A stretch of DNA of 63,283 nt, filler included, from Basidiobolus ranarum (taxonomy: Eukaryota): assembly GCA_040143965.1 (NCBI GenBank). It is 18 parts of 18 records of this genome, joined end to end, with 100 filler letters (N's around TTAATTAATTAA, not from the genome) between each part and the next. Parts side by side here need not be neighbours in the genome. Positions count along the whole stretch, not along the records: positions 35,293 to 38,712 come from JASJQH010009377.1; positions 38,813 to 42,231 come from JASJQH010009378.1; positions 42,332 to 45,747 come from JASJQH010009379.1; positions 45,848 to 49,257 come from JASJQH010009380.1; 14 more parts are not named here. One strand, written 5' to 3'. Positions 36,596-49,257 of the stretch are shown here, piece by piece. The position numbers and the translations under genes are program-made. How positions within the stretch are numbered: the first letter of the stretch is position 1; every line of letters starts with the position of its first letter. The notes below the pieces were generated by a model. That model searched no databases, was not told where the DNA came from, and worked only from the letters and a program-made list of their open reading frames with translations.

Positions 36596-37261
36596 CAGTT
36601 GGGGTTATTAATGTTTCGTCAACTCCAGAAATTAAGCAAATTCTCCTCTTCTTCACTTCTACTCCAAGCTATTTTATCAAGTCACAATATGAATGAAACA
36701 GTTGAAACTCCCATTAAAAGATTGAAAGACCCTAGAATATCAGAACAAGAAGTAGCAAAAATGAAATTGAGCGCTGTTTTCTACTTGCAGCAGCTTGGGA
36801 TCAGTCAGCATGACATTCCATGATTGACAAGAAGCGCATAACTGTGCAAAGTGCAATTGGTAGAATAGCTGAACCTGGTATCACTTTGGAAGGAAATCGA
36901 GCACGTTTGGAGTGAGCTGGTTCATGAGTTGCGTAGCCTAAAGGCTACTATTAAAAATACTGAAAGCTTGAGGAAAGCTATAACCAAAGTTTGGGAGAAA
37001 ATGACGATTAAGTTTACTTCGGGATTAGTAGCAAGTATGGGGAGAAGGAGGCAGGCAGTCATAGACGCCAAGGGCGATGCAACAAATTATCGAATTGGAT
37101 GATTTTTTATTTTTCCTAAAAATAAGCATGTATAACTTGTTGTACAAAAAATGTCAGGAAGTTAGACCATGTTGTTCATGAGTAAGATGAACATGAAAAG
37201 TGAGTGTTTATTGTGCTTTTTTTTTGGCAATTTGTGGACGAAGCATTACTAACCCCGACTA
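36596..37261 (+). mobile_element. Internally deleted Tc1-like element (666 bp)
   Basis: TA|CAGTTGGGGTTATTAATGTTTCGTC ... GACGAAGCATTACTAACCCCGACTA|TA. An N-terminal piece (LQQLGISQHDI) is joined to the Tc1 C-terminus IEHVWSEL...LRKAI..VWE...LVASMGRRRQAVIDAKGDATNY; the DDE core is missing. Confidence 0.88.
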
Positions 37262-38368
37262 TATACTCAGGTTTAATTTTAGAGAACTTCCAAAACAGGA
37301 CTTAGAGTTAAGCAAGGTGCTATTTCTATACAGGGAGAAACAGCATGCCCTAGAACCATAGTTTTGCTAATCACAATTTCCGGAACTTGTTTGATAGTTG
37401 ACTTTGTGGTATTATTACTTGCATAACATACACACTAGTATACTTTCTCTTCATATTAAGCTTTCATCGCTTTGAGGATACCAAATGGTAGGCCATTCAT
37501 TAGTGAGTCAATATCATCGAATCAGGTCATTGCCTCGCCCATAGTACCTACAGCAAGTAGCCAAAGGTTTCTCTACAGCGCCATATTCGGCTGCTCAGCC
37601 ACTATTCAAATATTAAACATTACAACTCCAAGTAGTATGTTGTATTTTGAGGCGTAAGCAAGTCAAAGCTCTTAATGGAGTATCTAGAATTCCCACTCTA
37701 CCGGATATATTATACAAGGCAGTTTCGCGTCCCGAGGGAACATGTTCAATAAATATAATGTGAGTACAGCATATATGATGTTTTTAGATAGGATTAGAGC
37801 GCTAATACTAGTAACACTACATGCAACTACAAGTACGGTTTTGGTAATTATCAGTAATGCTATTGACCTATGCCACTACCATCATCCATAATAATAATAT
37901 GCTCATGATAAATGGGGCTATCATTACTTAGTTAGTACTCATCAGTTTTGTTCTAAGCCACCCAAAACTGAGTAGCAAATATTGTTGTAACCCGGTGCGC
38001 TGAAAGTAAAGGATTGACCAAAATCAACATTATAATGGATTGTTGTATCCTGGTACGCCTAAGGCCAGTTGTATCACAGTACGCTAACATCAAGTTCATT
38101 GGTGAATGGTGCAGCACGGCATACGTCTTAGACAAGTTGATTCTTTTCATTATTTGCAGCAATATATATGGCAAGATCGTCAGCCGGATCATCCATGCTG
38201 TATGTAATACACGAATTGTAGTGGATCCCTCTGAGAAAATCATGATCTTCAATCTCTCTAAGAAAAGTATAAGTGCAAGTGGGTTCAACGATTTTAAAAG
38301 GTAGAACTTGCTTGAAGCTTATCTCTCAGGTCCTAACTATTAAACACCAATTACTCTTCTCTTCCATC

Positions 38369-38712
38369 ATGACTGTAGCATCAAACAAAGTGAAGTTCGC
38401 TTATGAGCTGAGCATGCAAGGCAGCGAATTCGAAACCTACGAAAAAGGTCAAACCGTCCGCTTTAATTATGGGGACCCATACAATGACAAATTCCGCTCC
38501 GTGGTTGTAGGTGCTTCAGTTAGATTAAATATCTGGGAGCATAATGAATTTGACACCCCTGTCCCGGGCAAATACGATGAATTAGCCGCAGGTACTTACG
38601 ATAACTTGGACTACTTGAATGGCGTATCCAAATTCCAGGTCATTGGTGCTGAATTCCAATATGGTATCGATGTCAAATTGGTAGATCAATTAAACAAGCC
38701 CGATGGTGCCTA
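38369..38712 (+). CDS. cadA-like: Homologue of Dictyostelium calcium-dependent cell adhesion molecule DdCAD-1 (beta/gamma-crystallin-type N-domain and start of C-domain); truncated by contig end
   Basis: MTVASNKVKF...YEKGQTVRFNYGDPYNDKFRSVVVGASVRLNIWEHNEFDTPVPGKYDELAAG...NGVSKFQV...FQYGIDVKLV aligns almost gap-free to DdCAD-1 as recalled (MSVDANKVKF...[52 protein letters not shown]...NGLSKFQV...FQWAVDVKIV). The true start is ATG 38369. Confidence 0.88.
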
Positions 38713-41697
38713 NNNNNNNNNNNNNNNNNNNNNNNNNNNNNNNNNNNNNNNNNNNNTTAATTAATTAANNNNNNNNNNNNNNNNNNNNNNNNNNNNNNNN
38801 NNNNNNNNNNNNATAACCAAGTCTACTAAGCAAAAGAACTGATACTAAAAAAGCAGAGCTCAAGGATACTTTATCCAGATAGGGGAGCTATAAAATAGAT
38901 TTGCAAGAAGCCACTAAAAGTGGGGTTTGGGACAGTCTATGCTGAGGCATATGAAGTTGCATAGCTAGGAAAGTTACTTACAGACTAAGGATACATATAA
39001 TATGGTGTTATAATTTTGTTTAAGACAGTTGAAGTTTTACTATGTTGACTAAAAAGAATATGCTTCATATTGATCACTCACATCCTGGCCAAACCTTTAA
39101 CTAAAGCAGTATTGGAATTATCAACAAAGAATTTGGCTAAAGAAAATATAAAGTAGTTATTTGAGTGCAACTGCTGAAATCAAGTAAATAGCAACTCATT
39201 TTATGATAACTTTTCATCTAATTCATTGTGACTTTATATTGGCAAATGGCGTTACTACTGACTAATTCTCTTTGCTATCTACAAGGCTAATAACTGCTGT
39301 ATCTGCAGATATACATCAAGGCAAAATACTTTTTACTGATAGTAATAGATCCAGCATATGAAAAGTAACACTTCCACTGCTGCATTTAGCAAGTCCTAGC
39401 AGGCAACTAATTAATTTCTCAGCTTACCACAGCCTACAATCCCTGTTATGACAATAACACTTATTATATCATTGTGGCAAAGACCCACTATACTTAACAA
39501 TACTTAACTACATTCCTCATTGAGTAGTATTGCTTAAATAGGATGCTGTAAAACAGTTTAATAAAGTTTTAATCATAGAAAAGCCTTTGAATTTTTCATG
39601 TGACTATGCTTGCAGCATGGGCAGCAGTGTGTTAAAGGCAGCAATATATTCCACATGCTTTATATAACTAGAAGCCTTCACATTACTGAAGAATATTTGA
39701 CAGCTAAAGCTAATTAGCATAACATATTGTCCACATGGCTAGGAGAAGGAATGTCAGGCCTTCTTCTGATTATCCCTTTTGCAGTGATTTTCTCTCAAAA
39801 AGCTAATAGGTACTTCTTCAAACTATAGTTCTACAATCAACCCTATAGAGGAGGTTAGTACTACCTTACTAGTGCTTGTCAATGTTGATGGAAAGTCTAC
39901 AAACTCTGTTTAAAGAAATAAATTGCCCAGGTCCCAAACTCCAACTAGTATCATTTTGCAAGCAGTGATGGATGGTAAGTGGCTGCATGTTATTGGTGCC
40001 CCCTCTCTATTGCTACTATCAAAGTATGAACCATATTACTACTCAACTTTCATATATTCATGTATTTGCTTTTCCTGCCTGAATCAATATCTAAGCTCAT
40101 GCCAGTTTAAGCTGTAACATCATCTAAAAAAATACTGGTGCTGCAAATGCACAGGTATACTATTGTATAGAAAAGCAAGGTTGGTCAAACATTTTACCTA
40201 TGCTGTTTGCAGTTTCAGTCAGCATGGTAGCCTACAATAGTGTTAAGGATATAAATACACAGTTGATGTAAGGATATTTCATAATCTTCAGAACCCAAGA
40301 GATTATTAATGAGGCCATAATTCACTTCAAGAAGTTACATGACTATATGAAATATATATTAGAATGTTTGCAATATTCACTGATAACTAATAGCTTTTCA
40401 CTCCCTACTTTTCATTATTAACCCACTTACTCTTGTACTTGAAAGCAATCAGTTAGACTGCAATTCTATGCTTCAGCAATGTTAGTTAACAGTAATTGCC
40501 ATACACCATCTAGTTTAGAATTTAAATTGAATTTTCAATTGTATTTCATCCAAACTCTTGTACTCTTAACTTGGTTACATAAATCATGTTGAGTGTTTAA
40601 AAATGAAACTAAAAAACTTGATGAATGTTAGTTTGATGTACATTGAGTTGAAATTAGTTAGTGATGAAGTTAACAGGTTTCCATGATAGGTAGTTTTGGA
40701 AGTTGAGGCTGTCCTTTAATCAAAGCAGTATGAAGAATTGGCTCATACAACTTGCCAAAGTAGCTTTGTGAGTATAAAGTTTCTTCAGCCATACCAATTA
40801 TCAAAAATAAATTTAATTGTCTAATTTTGCTTCTTTTTTAGTGGTTCAGATTGATCTTGGGTATTATTCAATCAGCTGAATATAGTTTTAAGTGGTGTTA
40901 AGTTAAAAAATGGTGGTTTCCTGATTTGTATATGCTGGAAATTACTTGAATCCAGGTACTACAATTTTGGGCATTTGTTAGTGGCTACCAATGGTGCTGT
41001 TACACATTTATTTCCCTTTTGACTGCTTAGTTGATTTAAATGCTTTGTTGTTGGCCTTTTATTGACATCTTCCTTTGTAATCATTGATCAAATAGCTGAA
41101 ATTTCTTAACAAACCTATATCACTTATATCATTTGGGCAACAACATTATACTAGGCTACAGGCCATTAGATTTCCTCTCCTACAATCAAGTTTGATAAAC
41201 ATAGTGAAAGATTGAATCCACCACTTTATTGCCAGAAAGCCTTTATATATCATATTCAAGTTTGTACCTTGGACTCTTAGTCAGATGCAATAATTAAGCA
41301 CCTAGGTTTCTACAGTGAGGCCCTGATTGATTCTTTGATTCTGTTGGCTTAGGCTTGGTCTCATATTTTATAACTACTCTTGAATAATCCAAATTTATAT
41401 ACATTGGAAGCATTCTTTGCTAATGTAAACATGATAGCAAGCCTCTGAGCCATATGATGACCATCAAGTTATATCAAAGTCTTGTGGTTATTTCATCTAG
41501 CCCTATGTGCTTTAGTCATAATCACTAAGTAGGTTATCTGATTTTGGAGTTTTGCTCCCAGCCACCAATCAAATAGTGCCACAATGTAAATTAGCCTTCA
41601 GCCACTCTCTGATTTATTCTGCTTTAAGATATTAGGCTTGCTAACAATATAAATGTTGATACAGAGTTCAATGCCAATTAAGTTTATGCCAAGTAAG

Positions 41698-42045
41698 TGT
41701 TGAAATTAGGTAAATAGCAACTCAAAATTTAGTAGTTAGTTTATTCATATTCTGATTATTAAGTACTCAATTCTGTCATTCAAAAATGTGTGTTTATTGC
41801 TCTAATTGATAGAAATATCAATTAGATCATTTTTACCAATTTTCACTATTCTCTCAAAACTTCTCCAAATCACCTCAAATTTTCACCCATGCTTAACAGG
41901 CATATCTGTTATGATCTAAGCACATCCAATAGTTCCATTTTGTAGTAAACTATAAATAAAACATATTTAATTCAAGCTTAAGTGTCTAATTCACAAATCC
42001 AAATCTTGTCCAAAACAATTCCAAATCCCCTAAACACTTTTATCA
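41698..42045 (+). repeat. Solo copia LTR family A with perfect 5-bp TSD
   Basis: GTAAG|TGTTGAAATTAGG...CACTTTTATCA|GTAAG. Confidence 0.93.
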
Positions 42046-43509
42046 GTAAGTTGGTGTTTTTGAGTAAAGCTTAGCACAATACCAATAGTCTGGCATGCCC
42101 ACTTTTTCTATGTGTATGTCAGTATTTCTGGAATATCTGCAGGGCTTGTTGAGTGAGCTGCTTTTCTGCAAAGAGTCTTACACTTTGAATGTAATGGATA
42201 CATAGAGAGAAGTGGCCACAGGGACCAAAGANNNNNNNNNNNNNNNNNNNNNNNNNNNNNNNNNNNNNNNNNNNNTTAATTAATTAANNNNNNNNNNNNN
42301 NNNNNNNNNNNNNNNNNNNNNNNNNNNNNNNTCTTTGACGCATTATGGCTTGGCTTTATTTCAAAATTGCTAAGCAAGTTCAATGCGCATGCATACACGC
42401 GTACACTCACGGATTCAAAAATGCATGGTATCCAAATAATGCCAGATTGAATACGTACTCCCCTTCAGTGTAAATATCGGTATTGTATAAACGCTCAACC
42501 TGCTGATCAGAAATACATTTCTAAATGGCACCTAATTACATAATGAGTGGAGGGGAGTGATTGGAAAAGGGAATGCGAAACGCTTTAGGATTAATATATT
42601 ATTAATTTTAGATAAAAAGAGGCAAATCATTGTTATTCAGGCCGTTTTTTCATGCTTTCGTAATGGCTCATCTCCACAAATGAAATTCAATCAATGAGGT
42701 ATTTGGGGTTGATAGAAAGTCTCCAGTTTGTCCAAGTTCAGTATGGTTAGCATTGGGAAGCAATTTTGAATGACTTGGAATGATCGAACTTGATTGGTCC
42801 TTCGATTGAGTTGGTCATTAGGGAGTTCGGTAGGATTATTGACATCGCAGGGCCAATGGTGTACTTCAATAAGTGATGATCCAACAGGGGTACTGGCTAA
42901 TTTGTCCCACCTTGTCAATGATATGGGATGAATTTTCTTTTGCATTAGCCTTAGCGTGTCTCCTATCTAAAACTCTGAGTTTCCTAACGCTTATTGTACT
43001 CCAGAAAACAATTACACTCTTCCTTACAACTCATTCCTCAAACCATTAAACTCATAACGTTATATCTCGAGCGTTTCATATTTAACCATCCATCATTTTC
43101 CTTTGTCTCTATTTGACTTTTACTCCTGTTCTTCTTTTATATTGACTCAGTAGTTAAGCTTGTGAACATCTCCGTTCTAATGTGAGTTATCTTTATACTC
43201 CTTGGATCTCTCATGCTCTTAGTTAATCTATCGACATTCGCTTGAATAATTATTTTGCCTTTGTCCAGTATCCATTTCTGATTTTTATATCTTTCCATCA
43301 ATAGCTGTCTTGTACAAAGAAAACTTCATCCACAAGAAAAATCTCTGATAACGTAATCGTTTTCAACCGTGAAAAACTGTCCATCTATAAGCCTATTTAG
43401 ACTGTTCTATACTTCATCCCTGAAAGAAGTTTGAATCCTCCACTTCGAACACCTTTCTTCTAAAACCTGCCAATTTCAAATCGCTGTTTTTGTCAAATAT
43501 TCAACCACG

Positions 43510-45332
43510 ATGGCTTCCCAAAACAATTTCAATGGCCAATACCCTTCGTAAGTTTGCTTGTATTTATAGTTTTGGAAACATGACAGTATCTCAACCTTTT
43601 ATTTTATCCAGTCATGATAATGATAACTGGAAGAAATCTCTAGCACTTCCTCCCAAAGATAGTCGCCCACAGACTGAGGTACCATCTTCTTTAATTATGC
43701 ACCTCGAAGTATACTATATTCATCCCAATTATTCAGGATGTAACTGCCACCAAGGGCAACGAATTCGAAGATTATTTTTTGAAACGTGAACTATTAATGG
43801 GAATCTTCGAAGCCGGATTCGAACGCCCTTCTCCTATTCAAGAAGAAGCCATTCCTATCGCACTTACGGGAAGAGATGTACTTGCCAGAGCCAAAAATGG
43901 AACTGGAAAAACCGCAGCTTTTGTTATTCCATCTTTAGAAAAAGTTAATACTAAGATGACAAAAATTCAGGCACTTTTACTTGTTCCCACTAGAGAATTA
44001 GCTCTTCAAACCTCGCAAGTTTGTAAAACCCTCGGTAAACATATGGGCGTTCAAGTCATGGTTACCACTGGTGGTACCACATTGAAAGATGATATTATGA
44101 GACTCCAAGAAACCGTTCATGTGTTGGTTGGTACTCCAGGCCGTATTTTAGATTTGGCCGGAAAAGGCGTAGCTGATTTTAGTGAATGCCCTACATTCGT
44201 CATGGATGAGGCCGATAAGCTTTTAAGCCCCGAATTCTCCCCTGTTGTTGAACAACTCTTAACCTTCTTCCCTAAAGACCGTCAAATTATGTTGTTCAGT
44301 GCCACTTTCCCTATTATAGTCAAGCATTTCAAGGTAACCATCATTACTTCTGTTGTTACTTACCTATTCCTTCAAATACTAACAACTGTGTTTTAGGATC
44401 GTCATATGACCAAGCCTTACGAAATTAATCTCATGGATGAGTTGACTCTTCGCGGTGTTACCCAGTATTATGCCTTCGTGGAGGAGCGCCAGAAAGTTCA
44501 TTGTTTAAATACTCTCTTTTCGAAACTCCAAATCAATCAATCCATTATTTTCTGTAATTCTACCAACCGTGTTGAGTTGCTTGCCAAAAAGATCACCCAA
44601 CTGGGCTACTCCTGTTTCTACAGTCATGCTAAAATGCTTCAAAGCCATCGTAATAGAGTGTTCCATGATTTCCGTAATGGTGTGTGCCGTAATTTAGTCT
44701 GCTCCGATCTCCTTACTCGTGGTATTGATATTCAAGCAGTAAACGTTGTCATTAACTTCGATTTCCCCAAGAATGCCGAAACCTACCTTCATCGTATCGG
44801 CCGTAGTGGACGTTTCGGCCATCTTGGTTTAGCCATCAATCTTATTACTTATGAGGACCGTTTCAATCTGTATAAGATTGAGCAAGAGCTCGGCACTGAA
44901 ATTCAACCTATTCCCCCTGTCATCGACAAACGTTTGTATGTAGCCCCCAGTGCATTAGAAGATGCTTCCGAAGCACAGCAGCAACAGAATGTTAACAAGC
45001 AGGTTCAACCCCAGCCTCAACCCCAACCTCAACAGCTTCCATCTGCTCAGCCTCAAATATATCAGCAGCAACAACAACAGCAATTCCAACGTCAACAGCT
45101 TCCTCCTCATGCTTATCAGCAACACCCTCCTCAGTATCCTCAGTTCCAACAGCAACCTCAGTCACAGCCTCCATCTCAGCCACAATATGGGTCACAGCCT
45201 CAAGTACAGTACCCTATACAGCAAGGTAGAATGAACAACAATGGTTATTCTCAGCAAAATCAGCAACCACCACATCATGACGGTAGATCTGGCTCCGGAA
45301 TCAATGGCGGTGGTTTAAGAGCCTTCTCTTAA
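43510..45332 (+). CDS. DHH1: DEAD-box RNA helicase Dhh1/DDX6; exons 43510-43547, 43612-43678, 43737-44333, 44397-45332
   Basis: [79 protein letters not shown] introns with TACTAAC at 44377; Q/P-rich tail. Confidence 0.97.
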
Positions 45333-45847
45333 GTCATTGTCAGCTTATTTTGAACATTGGTTGGATTCTTTTTCAATTTCTTTCTTGTTTGATATATATT
45401 CTTTCAGTTTTTTAGTTGTTCTCTTCCGAAAAATTCTTTACCCTTATTTCCTTTTGTCTTGGTTCTCCGATCGTGTGAGAATCGGTTTAATTTATCGGAG
45501 AACCATTTGTCTTTCCTTCACCATTTTCTTAAGCTTTATTAACAAAGTAACCATAACAGTTGGTTCTTGATTTGGAATTCATCGCCCCCACCATCCATCC
45601 TATTCTCCTATAGCTCTCACGAATATACACCACCACTTTCGCCGCCATCTCGTTGTTGATGCAAGTTTGTAGATTTCTTACCAGAGTTTGATACAACCTT
45701 CATCTTTTAGCAATTAGCCCCTCGAATTGCCACTTGACAAGTTTTTCNNNNNNNNNNNNNNNNNNNNNNNNNNNNNNNNNNNNNNNNNNNNTTAATTAAT
45801 TAANNNNNNNNNNNNNNNNNNNNNNNNNNNNNNNNNNNNNNNNNNNN

Positions 45848-48800
45848 ATGCAAACTTGGCAAAAACTGGTGAAATAAGTTGTCAAACATAGCATCAAAGA
45901 TTAGGCCATATTGGGGAACAAAAACTGACCTATATGATCCAAAATCAGCTTGTTTCAGGCTTGGAAATTGGAAATAACACTATATTGGATCTGTGTGAAG
46001 GTTGCATATATGAAAACATCACAGACAGCCATTTTCAAGTTCTGGAGGGATCAAATCCACTCAGAATTTTTCCCAGATTCATTCTAAACTATGTGCACCC
46101 ATAAGAAATGTCTCACTACGTGGGAAAAGGTACCTTATGACCTTTATTGATGACAAAACAAGATATACTTGGGTATTCTTTCTCAAATCAAAATCCGAAG
46201 CCTTAGCTACATTCATAGCACTACAAAGCAATCATAGCGAAAGAATCAGTGCAAAAAATAAGGGTACTATGGAGTGATAATGGTGGTGAATACTCTTCTA
46301 AAGACTTTACTAGTTCTTGCTCTAAACATGGAATTAAGAAACAAACTACTGTACCTTATACTCCACAGCAAAATGGAGTATCAGAGCATACTAATAGGAC
46401 CATAGTGGAGATGCCAAGATCAATGTTTCATGATCAAAAGTTAGATTACCAATATTGGGCTGAATCTGTCTCTACTGGAGACTATATTACTTAGGTAATG
46501 ACTAAACACTAGATGCAGTTGGTATGGGACAGTTGTACTCAATTTAGACCCAACTTCAGCTACCACATTGACAGAATTGGATGATGTAATCCATGCACCA
46601 AATACAGCCAAGAATCTACTCTCAGTGAGCCAAGCAACAATTCAAAGACTTGATTTTGTATTCTGCAAGGCAGGATGCACTATTAGAGATCAGAATAATA
46701 CCAAGTTAGCTATTGGGATCACAACTCAAAACTTATAAAAGCTAGAAATCAACAAATTGCATTCTGAGTATGTAAACATGGCCAAAACTAGTGTAATAGG
46801 CTGTGAAATGTGGCATAGAAGATTAGGTCACATTGGTGCATCAAACCGAACCCAAATGATCTGAAATCAGCTTGCTTCAGGCTTAAGAATTGAAAATATC
46901 ACTAAATTGGATCTGTGTGAAGGTTGCATATATGGATAACATTACACACAGCTGTTTTCAAGCTCTGGAGAGATCAAATCCACCCAGAATTTTGCCCTGA
47001 CTTGCTCTGACTTATGTGGGCAATGAAAAACATCTCACCAGGTGGGAGAAGGTACATTATGATCTTTGTCAATGACAAAACAAGATTTACTTGGGTATTC
47101 TCTCTCAATACAAAATCCAAAGCCTCAGCTATGTTCAAGGACTAAAAAGCATTGGTAAAGAAGGAATTAGCACAAGAAATAAGGGTACAAAGAAGTGACA
47201 ATGTTGAAGAATAATGCTCTAAAGGCTTTACTAGTTTTTGTTCTAAACATGGAATTAAGCAACAAACTACTGTACTTTATACTCCATAGCAAAATGGAGT
47301 TGGAGAATGAGCTAATCATACCATAGTGGAGAGCCAACATCATTGATACATGTTCAAAATTTAGATCACCAATATTGGGCTGAAGCTCTCTCCATTGCAG
47401 TCTATAACAAAAACATATGCCCAATAAGATTGCTACAGAATATTACTCCATTTGAAGCCCTATATGTATCAAAACCAAGTGTGGATCATCTCAGGATCTT
47501 TGGTTGCATAGTCAATTTCCTAATTTGAGCTAAAAAAGGCTCTATATTGGAACCCAAAAGCAGAAAATGCATACTCAATGGTTATTGTGATGGATCTAAG
47601 GCCAACAGACTGTATGACACCAGAAATGATAAGTTATTTATGTTCAGAGATGTGATTTTGATGAAAAGCAAATTCTTCAACTCAAATCACAGTTCTTGAT
47701 CCAGAAAACACAATCAGCACTATTTGGAATGTGTCTGACAAAATTCCAGCTGTATCGGAGCACCATTCAACCAAAATGCAAGTCCCAATTACATCAGAAG
47801 ATGATTCAGGACCTAAAAGATCATCCAGAAGGGGAATTAAGCCAGGAAACTGGTGAAGCACTCCCAATAATGATGCATATGCTTATGGCACATTTTGTGA
47901 AAAGCCAAAGACTCTAGAGCAAGCTTTGGAGTGTCCAGAATCAAAATCATGGGAAAAAGCAATGTCTGATGAGTGTTCATCACTTCAGGATAACAAAAGT
48001 GGGTTTAAAGTCCTCTACCATCAGGGAGAAAGCCAGTAGGTTGCAAATGTGTCTTCAAAGTCATAAACCAATTTGATGGAACCATAGAGAGGAACAAAGC
48101 AACAGCAGTTGCAAAAGGCTAATCCCAGACTCCAGGAGTTGATTTTGATGAAACCTTTGCTCCAGTGGCTGGGTTTACCTCCATAAGAGCAATCCTGGCA
48201 CTCTCAGTTAACCATAACCTTGACTTACCTCAAATGGATGTAAAATAGTGTCTCAGAATGGAAATCTAGAAGTAGTGGTAGGTGGAGTAACCAGCTTAAT
48301 TTCTTGACCCAAAACATACTGATATGGTCAGTAAACTGCAAAATTGCTATATGAACACAAGCAAGCACTCAGTACATGGCTTAACAAGATAGCTACCTAT
48401 TTGGAATCACTAGAATTCCAAAAATTCACAGCAGATCACAGTATTTACATCGAATTAACCAGAAATAGGATACGTATCTTAACACTATATTTGGATGACT
48501 TGATGATAGCCACAAAATATCTAGAAGCACTAAATCAGGCAAAAAGCTGCTTATCAAACCAATTTTGGATGACTGATATAGGTGAATTAAGTTATTTTCT
48601 TAGAATCCAAATGAAGAGAGATAAACCCAATCAAAAAATAATGCTGAATCAGTCTAAAAACATCCTAGAGATCCTAAAATGCTTCAACAGGGAGAATAGG
48701 AAGCCTGTATTAACATCAATGCATGCCATTGTGAAGTTAATCAAAATTTCATCTGATTTAGCCCAAAATAATTTAAACAAAAGCCAGGAGTTCCCCTATC

Positions 48801-49257
48801 AGTCCATGGTGGGTAGTTTATTGTATACAATGGTTGAAACAAATCTAGACATTGCTGTGGCAGTAGAAATGTAGCCAACTTCTCAAAAGTCTAGGATATG
48901 AGCACAAAACTGCAGTAAAACAAATTTTCAGGTATTTAAGAGGAACTTTAGATCTAGTTCTGGAATACTCTGCCACTCCTGATGCATGAATTTTACCAGG
49001 ATACAGTGATGCAGACTGGGGAAGAAATCATGATGCTAGAATATCAACAAACGGGTACCCATTCCTCTATGGTAAAGAAGCCATAACTTGGAACAGTAAG
49101 AATCATCCAACCGTAGCACTTTGCACTCAGAAGCAGAGTATATGGCAGCCTCTGCTGCTAAACAAGAAGCAATGTGGTTAAGAAAGTTATTTACAGACTT
49201 AGGATACATGCAAAAACATGCTATTACTGTATTTGAAGATAATCATGGTTGTATTTC
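45848..49257 (+). mobile_element. Decayed Ty1/copia family A pol with duplicated integrase region, RT and RNase H
   Basis: WHRRLGH, CEGC, FIDDKTR, SDNGGEY, PQQNGVSE, YWAE, IFGC, ETFAPVA, LYLDDL, YQSMVGSLLY, GYSDADW, EAEYMAAS; many stops and frameshifts. Confidence 0.93.

Noticed and set aside
38273-38368. 32-codon upstream extension of the DdCAD-1-like ORF in the ORF track
   Set aside because: Starts at a non-ATG codon; homology begins at ATG 38369.
39200-41690. CpG-free region with faint Ulp1- or SWIM-like words on the minus strand
   Set aside because: Probably old TE DNA, but too degenerate to classify by eye.
44955-45234. Overlapping alternative-frame and antisense ORFs in the DHH1 tail (likewise 55347-55795 over the NAP gene)
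   Set aside because: Shadow ORFs produced by low-complexity or biased coding sequence.
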